The notes beneath the pieces were generated by a model. The model searched no databases, had not been told where the DNA came from, and was given only the letters and a program-made list of their open reading frames with translations. Below are positions 8,804 to 18,221 of a stretch of DNA of 64,000 nt, in pieces. Source of the stretch: a virus; IMG/VR virus record IMGVR_UViG_3300043411_001639, positions 64,001-128,000 of that record, one strand, 5' to 3'. Positions within the stretch are counted from its first letter, which is position 1, and each line of letters starts with the position of its first letter. The position numbers and the translations under genes were made by a program.

Positions 8804-9667
8804 ATGAGTGAAATTGTAATCGTAGATACTAAAGTTCATCTACCTGTTCTTAGTTCAATTCCAGAAGAAGAAATGAAAAAACATGTTAGTTATTCAGAAC
8901 TGGCTGTTTGGGCAGGTTGTAACTTCAGACACAAGTTGAAATATGTTGACAAAATATCTCTTGATAAACCATCAGAACATACTTTGTTTGGACATGCAGG
9001 ACATGATATATTACAAGAGTATTTAAAAACTAGAGAGATTAAAGATCTAGATAAAGCAGTTGAAGCATTAACATTAAAATTTGCTGAAAACAACATAGTT
9101 GTAAAACAATCGGAATTCCAAGATACTCTTAAGCCTATCATGGAAGAAATACCTTCCTTCTTGGAAGAACATTTTAAAGACTGGACATTTGTTAGTTCAG
9201 AAGAACAGTTGTTTGAAACTATCAGTGGTACTACAAATGAAAGATCATTTAAAGGATTCGTTGACGGAATCATTCGTGTACCAAAATCATCTAGATTAAA
9301 AACAGGTAAATCAGATGAGTATGAGTATCATATTATTGACTGGAAATTTTGTGGATGGGGTTGGGATTTTAAAAAGAAAACAGATCCAATAAAAATCATG
9401 CAGTTGAGTTTATATAAACATTTTGTTGCACAAAAAATGAACATTGATCCAAAAGAAATAAGATGTGGTTTTGTTTTGCTAAAAAGACTACCAAAAAAAG
9501 GTGGTTCAAGATGTGAACTAGTTCCAATTAGTGTTGGTCCCAAAACAACCGAGTTTGCTTTAACTACACTTAAAACGATGTTGTTTTATGGTAAAAAAGG
9601 ACTATATCCAAAGAACAAAAACAACTGTTTGTATTGTGAATATAAAAACACTACTCACTGTCCTTGA
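8804..9667 (+). CDS. PD-(D/E)xK exonuclease, Cas4/RecB-like, probable Fe-S cluster
   Basis: SYSEL...C near N-term, GHAGHDILQ, GFVDG, IIDWK, QLSLY, C-terminal CLYC-x6-CP. Confidence 0.85.
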   Translation: MSEIVIVDTKVHLPVLSSIPEEEMKKHVSYSELAVWAGCNFRHKLKYVDKISLDKPSEHTLFGHAGHDILQEYLKTREIKDLDKAVEALTLKFAENNIVVKQSEFQDTLKPIMEEIPSFLEEHFKDWTFVSSEEQLFETISGTTNERSFKGFVDGIIRVPKSSRLKTGKSDEYEYHIIDWKFCGWGWDFKKKTDPIKIMQLSLYKHFVAQKMNIDPKEIRCGFVLLKRLPKKGGSRCELVPISVGPKTTEFALTTLKTMLFYGKKGLYPKNKNNCLYCEYKNTTHCP

Positions 9668-9679
9668 AAGAAAACTACT

Positions 9680-10696
9680 ATGTTGATATCTTCTTATACT
9701 ACTTCAAGAAATGCAATAGAACTAAACTATCCTATCAGAGAATCTGTTAAATCATTATTAGGATTTTCCGACGAGGTAATAGTGTTTGATACTTCAGGAA
9801 CAACTCATACAGTTGATGAATTAACCAAATGTTTTAAACTAGAACCCAAAGTTAAAATCGTACATGAACCTTGGGATTGGACAGTTAAAAATTTTGGTGT
9901 TTTAGACGGTCAATCAAAAGCACAAGCTAGAAATTTGTGTAAAGGTCATATTCTATGGCAGAATGATAGTGATGAAATTGTTCATGAACAACATCAAAGT
10001 TTTATCAGACCTTTAATTGAAAGTTATAAAAACTGGGATAGCTATAGTTTGATAGGATTACCTGTTGTTGAGTTTTGGGGTTCTAGTGGGAAAGCTAGAA
10101 TTGATATAAATCCTTGGAAATGGAGAATTTCAATAAATGACAAAAAAATTACTCACGGTATTCCCGGTAGATATAGATTTTATGACAAAGATGGCTTGTT
10201 ATTTGCCAAACCCGGAACAGATGGTTGTGATTATATATACTCTGACTCACTAGTTCCTGTTCCTTGTGACTTGTCTGTTATGCATTATACAGATAGAGTG
10301 TTTGGTTTACAACAAGCTGCTATAACAAATGAAAAAGCTGCACACTTGTATGAAGGTTGGTTTAATATTATGTTGGCTGATACTCCAGGTGTGTTCCATT
10401 ATAGTTGGTGGAATATTGAAAGAAAAATAAAACACTATAGAGAGTTTTGGACTAAGTTCTGGCCGTCACTTTATAATGAATCAGTTGACGAAAGACAAAA
10501 TCCATTTTTCCCTGGAATGTTGTGGTCAGAAGTTTCTGATCAACAAATAAAACAAAAAGCACAAGAGTTAGAACAAGGTACAGGTGGTTGGATATTTCAT
10601 AAACCTTGGGATGGTACCAAACATTGTTCTATTAAACAAGTTAATATGGAACATCCAAAGTTTATCAAAGACTGGATAAGAACTATCAATGCTTAA
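9680..10696 (+). CDS. Glycosyltransferase (GT2-like, GT-A fold)
   Basis: YPIRESVKSLLGFSDEVIVFD, ARNLCKGHILWQNDSDE (DxD), HYSW. Confidence 0.75.
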   Translation: MLISSYTTSRNAIELNYPIRESVKSLLGFSDEVIVFDTSGTTHTVDELTKCFKLEPKVKIVHEPWDWTVKNFGVLDGQSKAQARNLCKGHILWQNDSDEIVHEQHQSFIRPLIESYKNWDSYSLIGLPVVEFWGSSGKARIDINPWKWRISINDKKITHGIPGRYRFYDKDGLLFAKPGTDGCDYIYSDSLVPVPCDLSVMHYTDRVFGLQQAAITNEKAAHLYEGWFNIMLADTPGVFHYSWWNIERKIKHYREFWTKFWPSLYNESVDERQNPFFPGMLWSEVSDQQIKQKAQELEQGTGGWIFHKPWDGTKHCSIKQVNMEHPKFIKDWIRTINA

Positions 10697-11585
10697 TACT
10701 ATCATATTCTCAAAAGATAGAGCTTGTCAACTTGAAGCTTTGTTAAGAACTTGGACAAATAATGTAACAGGAGTAGGAAATCTTGGTAAAACTCACATTA
10801 TCTGGAAAGCTTCAACTCCTGATTTTGAATTGGGATATCAAAAACTAATAGATTTATATCCTTGTTCAAAGCAGTTTAATTTTCTTAAAGAAGAATCATT
10901 TTCAGAACAAGTTTGTGAGTTGTTAGAAACATGTAACACAGCAACAGATCTTGTTATGTTTCTTGTTGATGATATCATGTTTAAAGAACCTTGGTGGCTA
11001 GACAAAGAACTAGAAGATCTATTAGTGATGAGTAAAGAAATATTTTGTTTATCACTCAGACTATCAGAACATATCAATTACTGTTATCCTACTTCATCAA
11101 TAGTTACCAAACCCTCCAGTTATACAGTATTGATAAATGGTTATTCTTGTGGTAATTTAGCTGAATTTGAATGGAAACATGGAGAAGGTGATTGGGGCTA
11201 TCCAATGTCACTAGATGGTCATGTGTTCAGAGCTAGTTTCATTAGACCAATAGTTTTTAAACTAAGAAAGTATTTTAACAATCCAAACTCACTTGAAAGT
11301 GTTCTATCAGAAACCTGTAACAGAGGAGTCTTTGATTATCTTCCTAAAATGTTATGTTATCATTTCAACAGTAAAATCATAAATATCCCAGCTAATAGAG
11401 TTCAAACCACTTGTCTTAACAAACACAATGACAACCTAACTCCAGAAGAACTTAACAAGTTGTTTGTAGAACTAAATCAAGTTGTTGATACTGACAAATT
11501 TTTTAAAATTAAAAACAACAGTCCTCACATGAACCTACCACTGGTATTACATGATGATCCCAGATCGGATATTATGTACCAATGA
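10689..11585 (+). CDS. Putative glycosyltransferase (GT-A fold)
   Basis: IIFSKDRACQLEALL, MFLVDDIMF, YPMSLDGHVF; coupled within the glycan cluster. Confidence 0.6.
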   Translation: MLNTIIFSKDRACQLEALLRTWTNNVTGVGNLGKTHIIWKASTPDFELGYQKLIDLYPCSKQFNFLKEESFSEQVCELLETCNTATDLVMFLVDDIMFKEPWWLDKELEDLLVMSKEIFCLSLRLSEHINYCYPTSSIVTKPSSYTVLINGYSCGNLAEFEWKHGEGDWGYPMSLDGHVFRASFIRPIVFKLRKYFNNPNSLESVLSETCNRGVFDYLPKMLCYHFNSKIINIPANRVQTTCLNKHNDNLTPEELNKLFVELNQVVDTDKFFKIKNNSPHMNLPLVLHDDPRSDIMYQ

Positions 11586-12568
11586 ATGTTTTAGTGGTAG
11601 GAGGTGCAGGGTTTATAGGTTCTCACTTGGTTGAAGAGTTGTTGGAAACCCATTCAAACAGAGATCAACATCATGTATCAATAGTTGATGATCTTTCAAC
11701 AGGTTCTTTAAAGAATATTGAACATTTAAATTATTTTTCAAAATATAATATTGATCATAATAAAAACTATTCAAACTGTACTTTGCATAAAGAAAAAATC
11801 AATGATTATATTAAAGATCGTCCTAATGCTAAGTTTGACTATGTGTTTAGTCTGGCAGCCCAAACCAGTGTACCAGAAACAGTAGAAGATCCTGTAGGTT
11901 CAAACCATAAGAACGTTACAGAAACACTTGAGTTTGTTGATTGGGTTTTTACTAAATGTAAACCGAAGAAGTTTATCTGGTTTAGTTCAAGTGCTGTGTA
12001 TGGTAACAACATGTCTGTTAAAGAAAATCAACCATTCAAAAACAGCACTGTTAGTCCATATGCAATACAGAAAAAACTAATAGAGGATTACATAGAGTTT
12101 TATAGTAATAAACACAGAATACAATCCTTAGTTTTTAGACCTTTTAACGTGTTTGGAACAAGACAAAATCCTGATGGAAAATATCCAAACTTAATCTCTA
12201 GTTGGGGTAAAGCACTAGCAACTAATCAACCATTAATCATTTATGGGTCTGGAGAACAAAAAAGAGATTTTGTTTCTGTCAAACAACTAGTAAAAAAGGT
12301 TTTATCAGATGTTTCAGTCACTGATTATCCAACTTTTATTGTCAAAGATATTGGAACAGGATTTAATTTTAGTGTAAATGAGATTTTATCTTTAGTAAGA
12401 AGTGAAATTGATTCTTGCCTTTTAGTAAAGTTTTTTCCTGAAAGACTTGGAGAAGTTAAAGAAACTTTGTCTGCAACAAAACTAGATCATTCTTCAAACA
12501 AACTTAAAATATGTAAAGAGATAGTTGATACTCTAGAATGGTATATGGTAAACTATGCAGTTTCATGA
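11582..12568 (+). CDS. NAD-dependent nucleotide-sugar epimerase (GalE/WbpP-like extended SDR)
   Basis: GGAGFIGS, DDLSTG, SSSAVYG, catalytic YAIQK, FNVFG, GSGEQKRDFV. Confidence 0.88.
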   Translation: MNVLVVGGAGFIGSHLVEELLETHSNRDQHHVSIVDDLSTGSLKNIEHLNYFSKYNIDHNKNYSNCTLHKEKINDYIKDRPNAKFDYVFSLAAQTSVPETVEDPVGSNHKNVTETLEFVDWVFTKCKPKKFIWFSSSAVYGNNMSVKENQPFKNSTVSPYAIQKKLIEDYIEFYSNKHRIQSLVFRPFNVFGTRQNPDGKYPNLISSWGKALATNQPLIIYGSGEQKRDFVSVKQLVKKVLSDVSVTDYPTFIVKDIGTGFNFSVNEILSLVRSEIDSCLLVKFFPERLGEVKETLSATKLDHSSNKLKICKEIVDTLEWYMVNYAVS

Positions 12569-13307
12569 AAAATTAGGGGTTTTAATTCCCGTACATAACG
12601 CAGAAGAAACAATAGTAAGAAGTCTTCGCTCCGTAGTTGATGCTTGTAAATTATCAAAGGTTGAAACCAAGATAGTAGTTGTTTTAAACGGCTGTACAGA
12701 TAACACTCTTATAGAGGTAATGAATTTTAGTGAATCTCAAACAAAAGATTCAAACATTGTTATTGAAGAAACATTTTCTGAAAAAGGTCTTGTTCCTGCT
12801 TTAAACAAGGGATTACAATCTCTAATTAACAAGGGTTGTTCATTAATAGCAAGACAAGACGCAGATGATAGTTGGCATAAAAACAAAATAGTTAAACAAC
12901 TAGCTTATCTTCAAGAACATAAAACTGTAGATATTTTAGGTACACAGATCAACTTAGTAACACCTGGAACATGGGAAACATTGGAAAGAACTCATAACCC
13001 AACAACTCATGTAAACATAAAAGAATGGTTACTAAGAGGACATAATCCTATAGCTCATCCTTCTGTTGTGTTTAGAACATCAATTTTGAATAAACTTGGT
13101 GGTTATCAAGACTTGTTTCCAATGGCAGAAGATCTATGGTTATGGAGCAGTGCTGTTATAGCAGGATATAATCTTGCTAATCTTCCAGATGTTCTTGTTG
13201 ATTATACCAGTGTTCACAATCCAAACTATAATCCAAAGTCACCAAAGGTATTGGCAAATTGTTTGGGGAATATATTAGGAGCTCATTTGAATGAATCACA
13301 ACAATAA
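12555..13307 (+). CDS. Glycosyltransferase family 2
   Basis: VLIPVHN, GCTDNT, ALNKG, ARQDADD, HPSVVFR, AEDLWLW. Confidence 0.9.
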   Translation: MQFHEKLGVLIPVHNAEETIVRSLRSVVDACKLSKVETKIVVVLNGCTDNTLIEVMNFSESQTKDSNIVIEETFSEKGLVPALNKGLQSLINKGCSLIARQDADDSWHKNKIVKQLAYLQEHKTVDILGTQINLVTPGTWETLERTHNPTTHVNIKEWLLRGHNPIAHPSVVFRTSILNKLGGYQDLFPMAEDLWLWSSAVIAGYNLANLPDVLVDYTSVHNPNYNPKSPKVLANCLGNILGAHLNESQQ

Positions 13308-14040
13308 ACGAATTGCCTTGATGTTGATTGCTACGAACAAATATACCGACTTTGTTAAACCATTACTAAAATCAGTTGATAAATGGTTTTTAACAGATCA
13401 TAAAGTTGATGTGTATTTGTTTACAAACTTAGTTGATGAAAAAAGAGTGATTGACCTATTAGAAGAATATAGACCTATCAACAGAGTATCATTAGCGGTT
13501 AGAGAAATAGAGCATCAACCTTGGCCTATGATGACTTTATTGAGATACAACATGTTTAAGTCAATAGAACAAGAACTAGAAGGAAACTATGACTATATTT
13601 TCTACTCAGACGTAGATATGTTATTTGTTGATAAAGTTGGTGATGAGGTACTAGGTACAGGATTAACTGCTACTGTTCATCCTGGGTTTTACAACAAACC
13701 AAGAGAACAGTTTACCTATGAAACTAATCCTCTCAGTTACGCCTATATCCAACCAGACCAAGGAAGATTTTATTTTGCTGGAGGGTTTCAAGGTGGAACT
13801 ACTGAGTCATTTTTAACAGCTATCAGAGAATGTTCTAGTGGTGTTACTGCTGATCTTTCAAATAGAATCATAGCTGTTTGGCAAGATGAGTCACACTGGA
13901 ACAGATACCTTAGTGACTATAAAGGAAAATTAACTAAGTTGTCTCCTAGCTACTGTTTTCCTGAATCTTGGAATCATCTACCATTCCAAAGAAAACTGCT
14001 AGCACTAGACAAAGACCATAAAGAATTTAGGAAAGAATAA
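13291..14040 (+). CDS. Glycosyltransferase family 6 (ABO/alpha-1,3-Gal(NAc)T-like)
   Basis: IATNKY, WPMMTLLRY, DVD, FYFAGGFQGG, WQDESHWNRY, LSPSYC: the GT6 conserved motif series. Confidence 0.9.
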   Translation: MNHNNKRIALMLIATNKYTDFVKPLLKSVDKWFLTDHKVDVYLFTNLVDEKRVIDLLEEYRPINRVSLAVREIEHQPWPMMTLLRYNMFKSIEQELEGNYDYIFYSDVDMLFVDKVGDEVLGTGLTATVHPGFYNKPREQFTYETNPLSYAYIQPDQGRFYFAGGFQGGTTESFLTAIRECSSGVTADLSNRIIAVWQDESHWNRYLSDYKGKLTKLSPSYCFPESWNHLPFQRKLLALDKDHKEFRKE

Positions 14041-14044
14041 TACA

Positions 14045-14668
14045 ATGGGATTTTACGATCAAACAGTTGAGTTAAAACAACTTAACACAGACAGAGTTGA
14101 ATGGTTTATAAGTTTGTGTAAAGATAAAAAAGTATTACATGTGGGCTGTGTAGATTGGCCTGTGTTTAATCCTGAGAGTAATTTACACATGACTCTTAGT
14201 AAACACACAAAGGAACTTGTAGGAGTTGATACAAACGTAGAAGGATTACAAGATTTACATGCATTTTGTGGTGGGAGATATCTAACAGAGTTAACGACTC
14301 TAGGTAAAGAGCAATTTGATGTTGTTCTAGTTCCAGAAACCATAGAACATGTTTTGAATGCTGGAGATTTCATGAAACAACTTATGTTGTTCTGTAAGTT
14401 TAAAACACTTGTCATCACAGCACCAAATGCTATGATGACTGAACCTTCTAAAGTATGGAACGATAGCAAGTATGACAAACTAGCTTCGGGTAAATGTCTG
14501 TTTACTGAGGTTGTACATCCAGATCATAAGTGTTGGTATAGTCCTTATACACTAATGAATCTCGTAAAAACTTGTTGTGGTGAACACTGGGAAATAGAAG
14601 AAGTAGGAACTCTCTGTAATACTTCAATGGTTTATGTAAAGGTAAAACAACGTGATGAAGAGTGGTAA
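14045..14668 (+). CDS. Class I SAM-dependent methyltransferase
   Basis: KKVLHVGC, LVGVD, FDVVLVPETIEHV.N.G, VITAPNA. Confidence 0.8.
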   Translation: MGFYDQTVELKQLNTDRVEWFISLCKDKKVLHVGCVDWPVFNPESNLHMTLSKHTKELVGVDTNVEGLQDLHAFCGGRYLTELTTLGKEQFDVVLVPETIEHVLNAGDFMKQLMLFCKFKTLVITAPNAMMTEPSKVWNDSKYDKLASGKCLFTEVVHPDHKCWYSPYTLMNLVKTCCGEHWEIEEVGTLCNTSMVYVKVKQRDEEW

Positions 14669-15545
14669 CAGACCAATAAAAATACTTGTTCTTGGATCAA
14701 CGGGTATGGCAGGACATACTGTGTTCAAATATCTTAGTGAAAATCCATTGTTTGAAGTCTATGGTTATAAAAGATTTAATATTGCGGGTTATGTTGCTAT
14801 GGGTGATGGTATTCAAAAAACAATAGAAAATGTTACCTTCAATTTATACCAAATAGAACCTGATTATGTTATCAACTGTATAGGACTTATTAAACAACGT
14901 GAAGGAACTAAGCTAGTAGATCATTTAGAAACTAATGGTATGTTTCCTGTTTGGTTATCATCAACATTCCCAAGAGTCAAGATCATACACTTAAGTTCTG
15001 ATTGTGTGTTCTCAGGAACCTTACCAGTTGGTTCAGCCTATAAGACACATGATTTTACTGATGCTTGTGACAACTATGGAATATCAAAAGCAATGGGTGA
15101 GAACTGTTGGAAACTAGGAGCTATGGTTCTTAGAACTTCAATCATAGGAATTGAGGAACAGAACAACAAAGGATTGGTTGAGTGGGTATTGAGAGAAAAT
15201 AAAGAAGTTCTTGATGGGTATACCAATCATTTATGGAATGGAGTATTAACAACTGAGTTAGCAAGAAAAATAGAACAGATTATAACTGAGGATAGGTTTG
15301 TTCCAGAACTATATCAACTAGGTTCACCAGAACTTGTATCAAAATATCGGTTAGTTGAAATGATAACAGCAATGTTATCTGATTTTGAAAAAACACAGTT
15401 CAAAAAAACCGTTAAACCAGTTTCAAAGCATTTTCCTATAAACAGAGTTCTGAAATCTGATTTCTCTGATGTAAAACCATTGTTTGAACAGTTTCTAGAT
15501 CACAAAAACTTCATGTTAAAACACAATATGGACAAGAGACCATGA
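14652..15545 (+). CDS. RmlD-like NDP-4-keto-6-deoxysugar reductase (QnlA/WbvR type)
   Basis: LGSTGMAG, VINCIGLIKQ, IHLSSDCVFSG, YGISK, LRTSIIG, GYTNHLWNGV. Confidence 0.85.
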   Translation: MMKSGNRPIKILVLGSTGMAGHTVFKYLSENPLFEVYGYKRFNIAGYVAMGDGIQKTIENVTFNLYQIEPDYVINCIGLIKQREGTKLVDHLETNGMFPVWLSSTFPRVKIIHLSSDCVFSGTLPVGSAYKTHDFTDACDNYGISKAMGENCWKLGAMVLRTSIIGIEEQNNKGLVEWVLRENKEVLDGYTNHLWNGVLTTELARKIEQIITEDRFVPELYQLGSPELVSKYRLVEMITAMLSDFEKTQFKKTVKPVSKHFPINRVLKSDFSDVKPLFEQFLDHKNFMLKHNMDKRP

Positions 15546-16384
15546 CAATAAAACTATATAGTATTTGTTTTAACAGACCTGATTTAATGCAGATGCAGGT
15601 TGAATCATTCAAGTTCTTTCTTAAGGACAAGCACGAAATAATATTTGTTAACAATGCACCAACAGACAACGTAGCTACTGAGATAAAAAAAGTAGCTGAC
15701 AGTCTGGAGTGCAGATCAATCAGAGTTCAGACAAATTTAGGTAACAATTGGCTTCCAGGTAAAAATCATGCTGATGCCATGAATCTAGTATTGAGAACAG
15801 AGTTTACCAAAGACCAAGGTACTGACTTAGTAGGATTCATGGATAATGATTTCTTTATGGTACTTCCTTTCTCTATTGAAGAACATATGAAAAATGGAGT
15901 AACAATGTCAGGTGTAAAACAAAGAAGAGAGAACTTCTACTATCTTACACCAAATTTATTATTCATGAATAAATCATTGTTACCTAATATTCAAAACATA
16001 GATCTTGAAGGAGTTCATATCAATGGAGTAGCTCTTGATACAGGTGGTGGACTGTATAACTACTTTGAAAAATATCCTCAAGTTAAAGCTGGAGTAAAAG
16101 GAATAGCACATACATGGGTTATGACTTCTGACAGACACAACACTCATAACATTCCAGATGAATTAATAGCAGAGTATAAAGATGACTATGTGTTAGAACT
16201 ATATCAAAACTCTTTCTTGCATTACTGTAGATCATCAAACTGGGATCAACAGAGTTATGATTTTCATAAAGAAAAGACAGGGTTTGTAAGGAAATTTGTG
16301 TATGGTTCAATGAGTGGTTTAATCCACCCAAAGAAACTAGATTTCCAGATTGTTGATTCAATATTTGGATGGGATGGACTATGA
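15542..16384 (+). CDS. Putative glycosyltransferase (GT-A fold)
   Basis: FNRPDLMQMQ, IFVNNA, GFMDNDFF (DxD), DTGGG; cluster context. Confidence 0.55.
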   Translation: MTIKLYSICFNRPDLMQMQVESFKFFLKDKHEIIFVNNAPTDNVATEIKKVADSLECRSIRVQTNLGNNWLPGKNHADAMNLVLRTEFTKDQGTDLVGFMDNDFFMVLPFSIEEHMKNGVTMSGVKQRRENFYYLTPNLLFMNKSLLPNIQNIDLEGVHINGVALDTGGGLYNYFEKYPQVKAGVKGIAHTWVMTSDRHNTHNIPDELIAEYKDDYVLELYQNSFLHYCRSSNWDQQSYDFHKEKTGFVRKFVYGSMSGLIHPKKLDFQIVDSIFGWDGL

Positions 16385-17418
16385 CATTTATACCAGAACT
16401 AGTAGGTGAAAAAATATTGATTTTTGGAGGAGCAGGTTCACTAGGAACTAAACTCTGTCAGACATTTCTCTCAAAAAGAAAAAATCAAGTTTATTCTTGT
16501 TCAAGAGATGAAGCTAAACAATGGCAACTAAAACAATTGTTCAGTCAACAAGACAGAGAGTTATTAACTACTGGAATCTGTGACATCAGAGATATCAGAC
16601 AGGTTGAGTCAATTATATTTGCTATTAAACCAAGCATTATTATAATAGCTTCCGCTATGAAACAGGTTGACACTTGTGAAGCATTTCCGTATGAATCTGT
16701 TAAAACTAACGTTGATGGAATAAATAATATACTAGAAATAGTAAGGAAATATTCAGACCTAGCAGATCAACAATATACCAAACGACTTACCGTTTGTTTT
16801 ATATCAACAGACAAAGCTTGTAGTCCAGTAAACACCTACGGAATGTGTAAGAGTATTGCTGAAAGACTAGTACAAAACCAAGCTGTTGAAAACAAAAAAG
16901 TGAAGTATCTCACAGTAAGATATGGTAACGTAGTAAACAGTAAAGGAAGTATAGTTCCACTGTTACAAGAACAACTTAAGAATCCTGGTTTTAATCTTAC
17001 TCTAACAGATCCAAGAATGACTAGGTTTATGATGACAATGGAAGAATCTGTTGAGTTAATCATTCAATCAATCTACTCAGGTTCATCAGGTGATATCTGG
17101 ATTCCTAAACTTGACTCAATGTCAATGTCAGATCTATTCCAGTGGTTTAGTAATAAACATACTAGGAAAGTTGAAATAACAGGCATTAGACCCGGCGAGA
17201 AAATTCATGAAGTATTATATAACCAAGATGAGTCAAGATATATTCAAGAGTTTTCTAGAGGCTCCAGGGCACCTTACTACGTCATCAATAAAAATAAACT
17301 GAGTGATACAAAAGGTTTTAAACTCCATGAGTTTTCTTCTGAACACAACGTGATATCACCAGAGGTTCTAGCTAACAGACTTGAAGAGTTTTTTAAATCT
17401 GGAAGTTATCAACGATGA
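16381..17418 (+). CDS. UDP-GlcNAc 4,6-dehydratase (FnlA/WbvB/PseB family)
   Basis: GGAGSLG, SRDEAKQ, AMKQV, STDKA, YGMCK, VRYGNV, MTRF, GIRPGEKIHE. Start moved to ATG 16381 (ATGA overlap with previous stop). Confidence 0.9.
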   Translation: MTFIPELVGEKILIFGGAGSLGTKLCQTFLSKRKNQVYSCSRDEAKQWQLKQLFSQQDRELLTTGICDIRDIRQVESIIFAIKPSIIIIASAMKQVDTCEAFPYESVKTNVDGINNILEIVRKYSDLADQQYTKRLTVCFISTDKACSPVNTYGMCKSIAERLVQNQAVENKKVKYLTVRYGNVVNSKGSIVPLLQEQLKNPGFNLTLTDPRMTRFMMTMEESVELIIQSIYSGSSGDIWIPKLDSMSMSDLFQWFSNKHTRKVEITGIRPGEKIHEVLYNQDESRYIQEFSRGSRAPYYVINKNKLSDTKGFKLHEFSSEHNVISPEVLANRLEEFFKSGSYQR

Positions 17419-17425
17419 GAAAAGT

Positions 17426-18187
17426 TCAATCTCTATCAGCAAACCCACCAGCCCAACCAAGATCAAGTATTTTTGGTCCTTTGGCCCAATGCTCAATTCT
17501 TTGAAGATCTCCCATTCCTAGATCATAGGTTGCTATCAAATCAAGGAACTCAGTTAAAGCTCTGTTCTTAGTATAGGGAGTAACATCAACTTCAGAACAG
17601 TCTTTTTCACTAATTTCATAATGATATTCTTCTTCAGTTTCTTCATATTCTTTCTGAAGTTCTTCTTCTGTTTTCTGTCTACCAAACAAGTTACAGATAA
17701 CTTGTTCAAGACTAGCTTCTCTGTCTCTTCTTGATTCTTCAACTATCTCAAAGAACGTATAAAAATCTATTCCTGTTTCTTGTTCAAATTCTTCCTCTGA
17801 TTCAAGAGGTATTAGTTTTTGAACAACTATCCACAGGTCATCTTCATGTGACACAGGATTGCTAGCAGCAAAATATCTGGTATCTATGTTGTGATATATC
17901 TGAGATTCTTTTTCATTCTGTCTAATTCCAGACCTACTCTTTGCTACTTTTAATACCCAGTATTCATCAATCTCATATACTGTTCTTGAACTACCTTGGT
18001 TGATGTATTTAAATCCATTAGCATCAAGCCATTGAGTTATCTCTTGAACTGTCTTCATCTTACTGATTCCATCAACAACAGTTTTAACTTTTGAATCATT
18101 TTCTTCCATGTAGTCTTCTGGATCATCAAACCAGTTAACAAAAGTTTGATAGTAAGCCTCAAGGAAAATAAACTTGTTGAATTTCAT
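17426..18187 (-). CDS. Protein kinase-like fold protein
   Basis: Gly-loop NQGSSRTVY, VLKVAK, QNEKE (helix C Glu), GDL...HW and ILDLG. Confidence 0.65.
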   Translation of the reverse strand: MKFNKFIFLEAYYQTFVNWFDDPEDYMEENDSKVKTVVDGISKMKTVQEITQWLDANGFKYINQGSSRTVYEIDEYWVLKVAKSRSGIRQNEKESQIYHNIDTRYFAASNPVSHEDDLWIVVQKLIPLESEEEFEQETGIDFYTFFEIVEESRRDREASLEQVICNLFGRQKTEEELQKEYEETEEEYHYEISEKDCSEVDVTPYTKNRALTEFLDLIATYDLGMGDLQRIEHWAKGPKILDLGWAGGFADRD

Positions 18188-18210
18188 GTTATGTAAATAT
18201 TGTATACACT
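18182..18210 (+). promoter_or_regulatory. Possible sigma70-like promoter TTTCAT-N17-TACACT
   Basis: 17-nt spacing; would restart plus-strand transcription after the antisense kinase gene. Confidence 0.3.
18194..18200 (-). promoter_or_regulatory. Putative late promoter motif ATATTTA
   Basis: 6 nt upstream of the kinase-like ATG at 18187. Confidence 0.4.
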
Positions 18211-18221
18211 AAGTTGATAGC

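Noticed and set aside
8804-9667. Cas4-like nuclease next to a Prim-Pol as part of a CRISPR adaptation module
   Set aside because: No repeat-spacer array, cas1 or cas2 is visible; solo Cas4/RecB-like nucleases are common in large phages.
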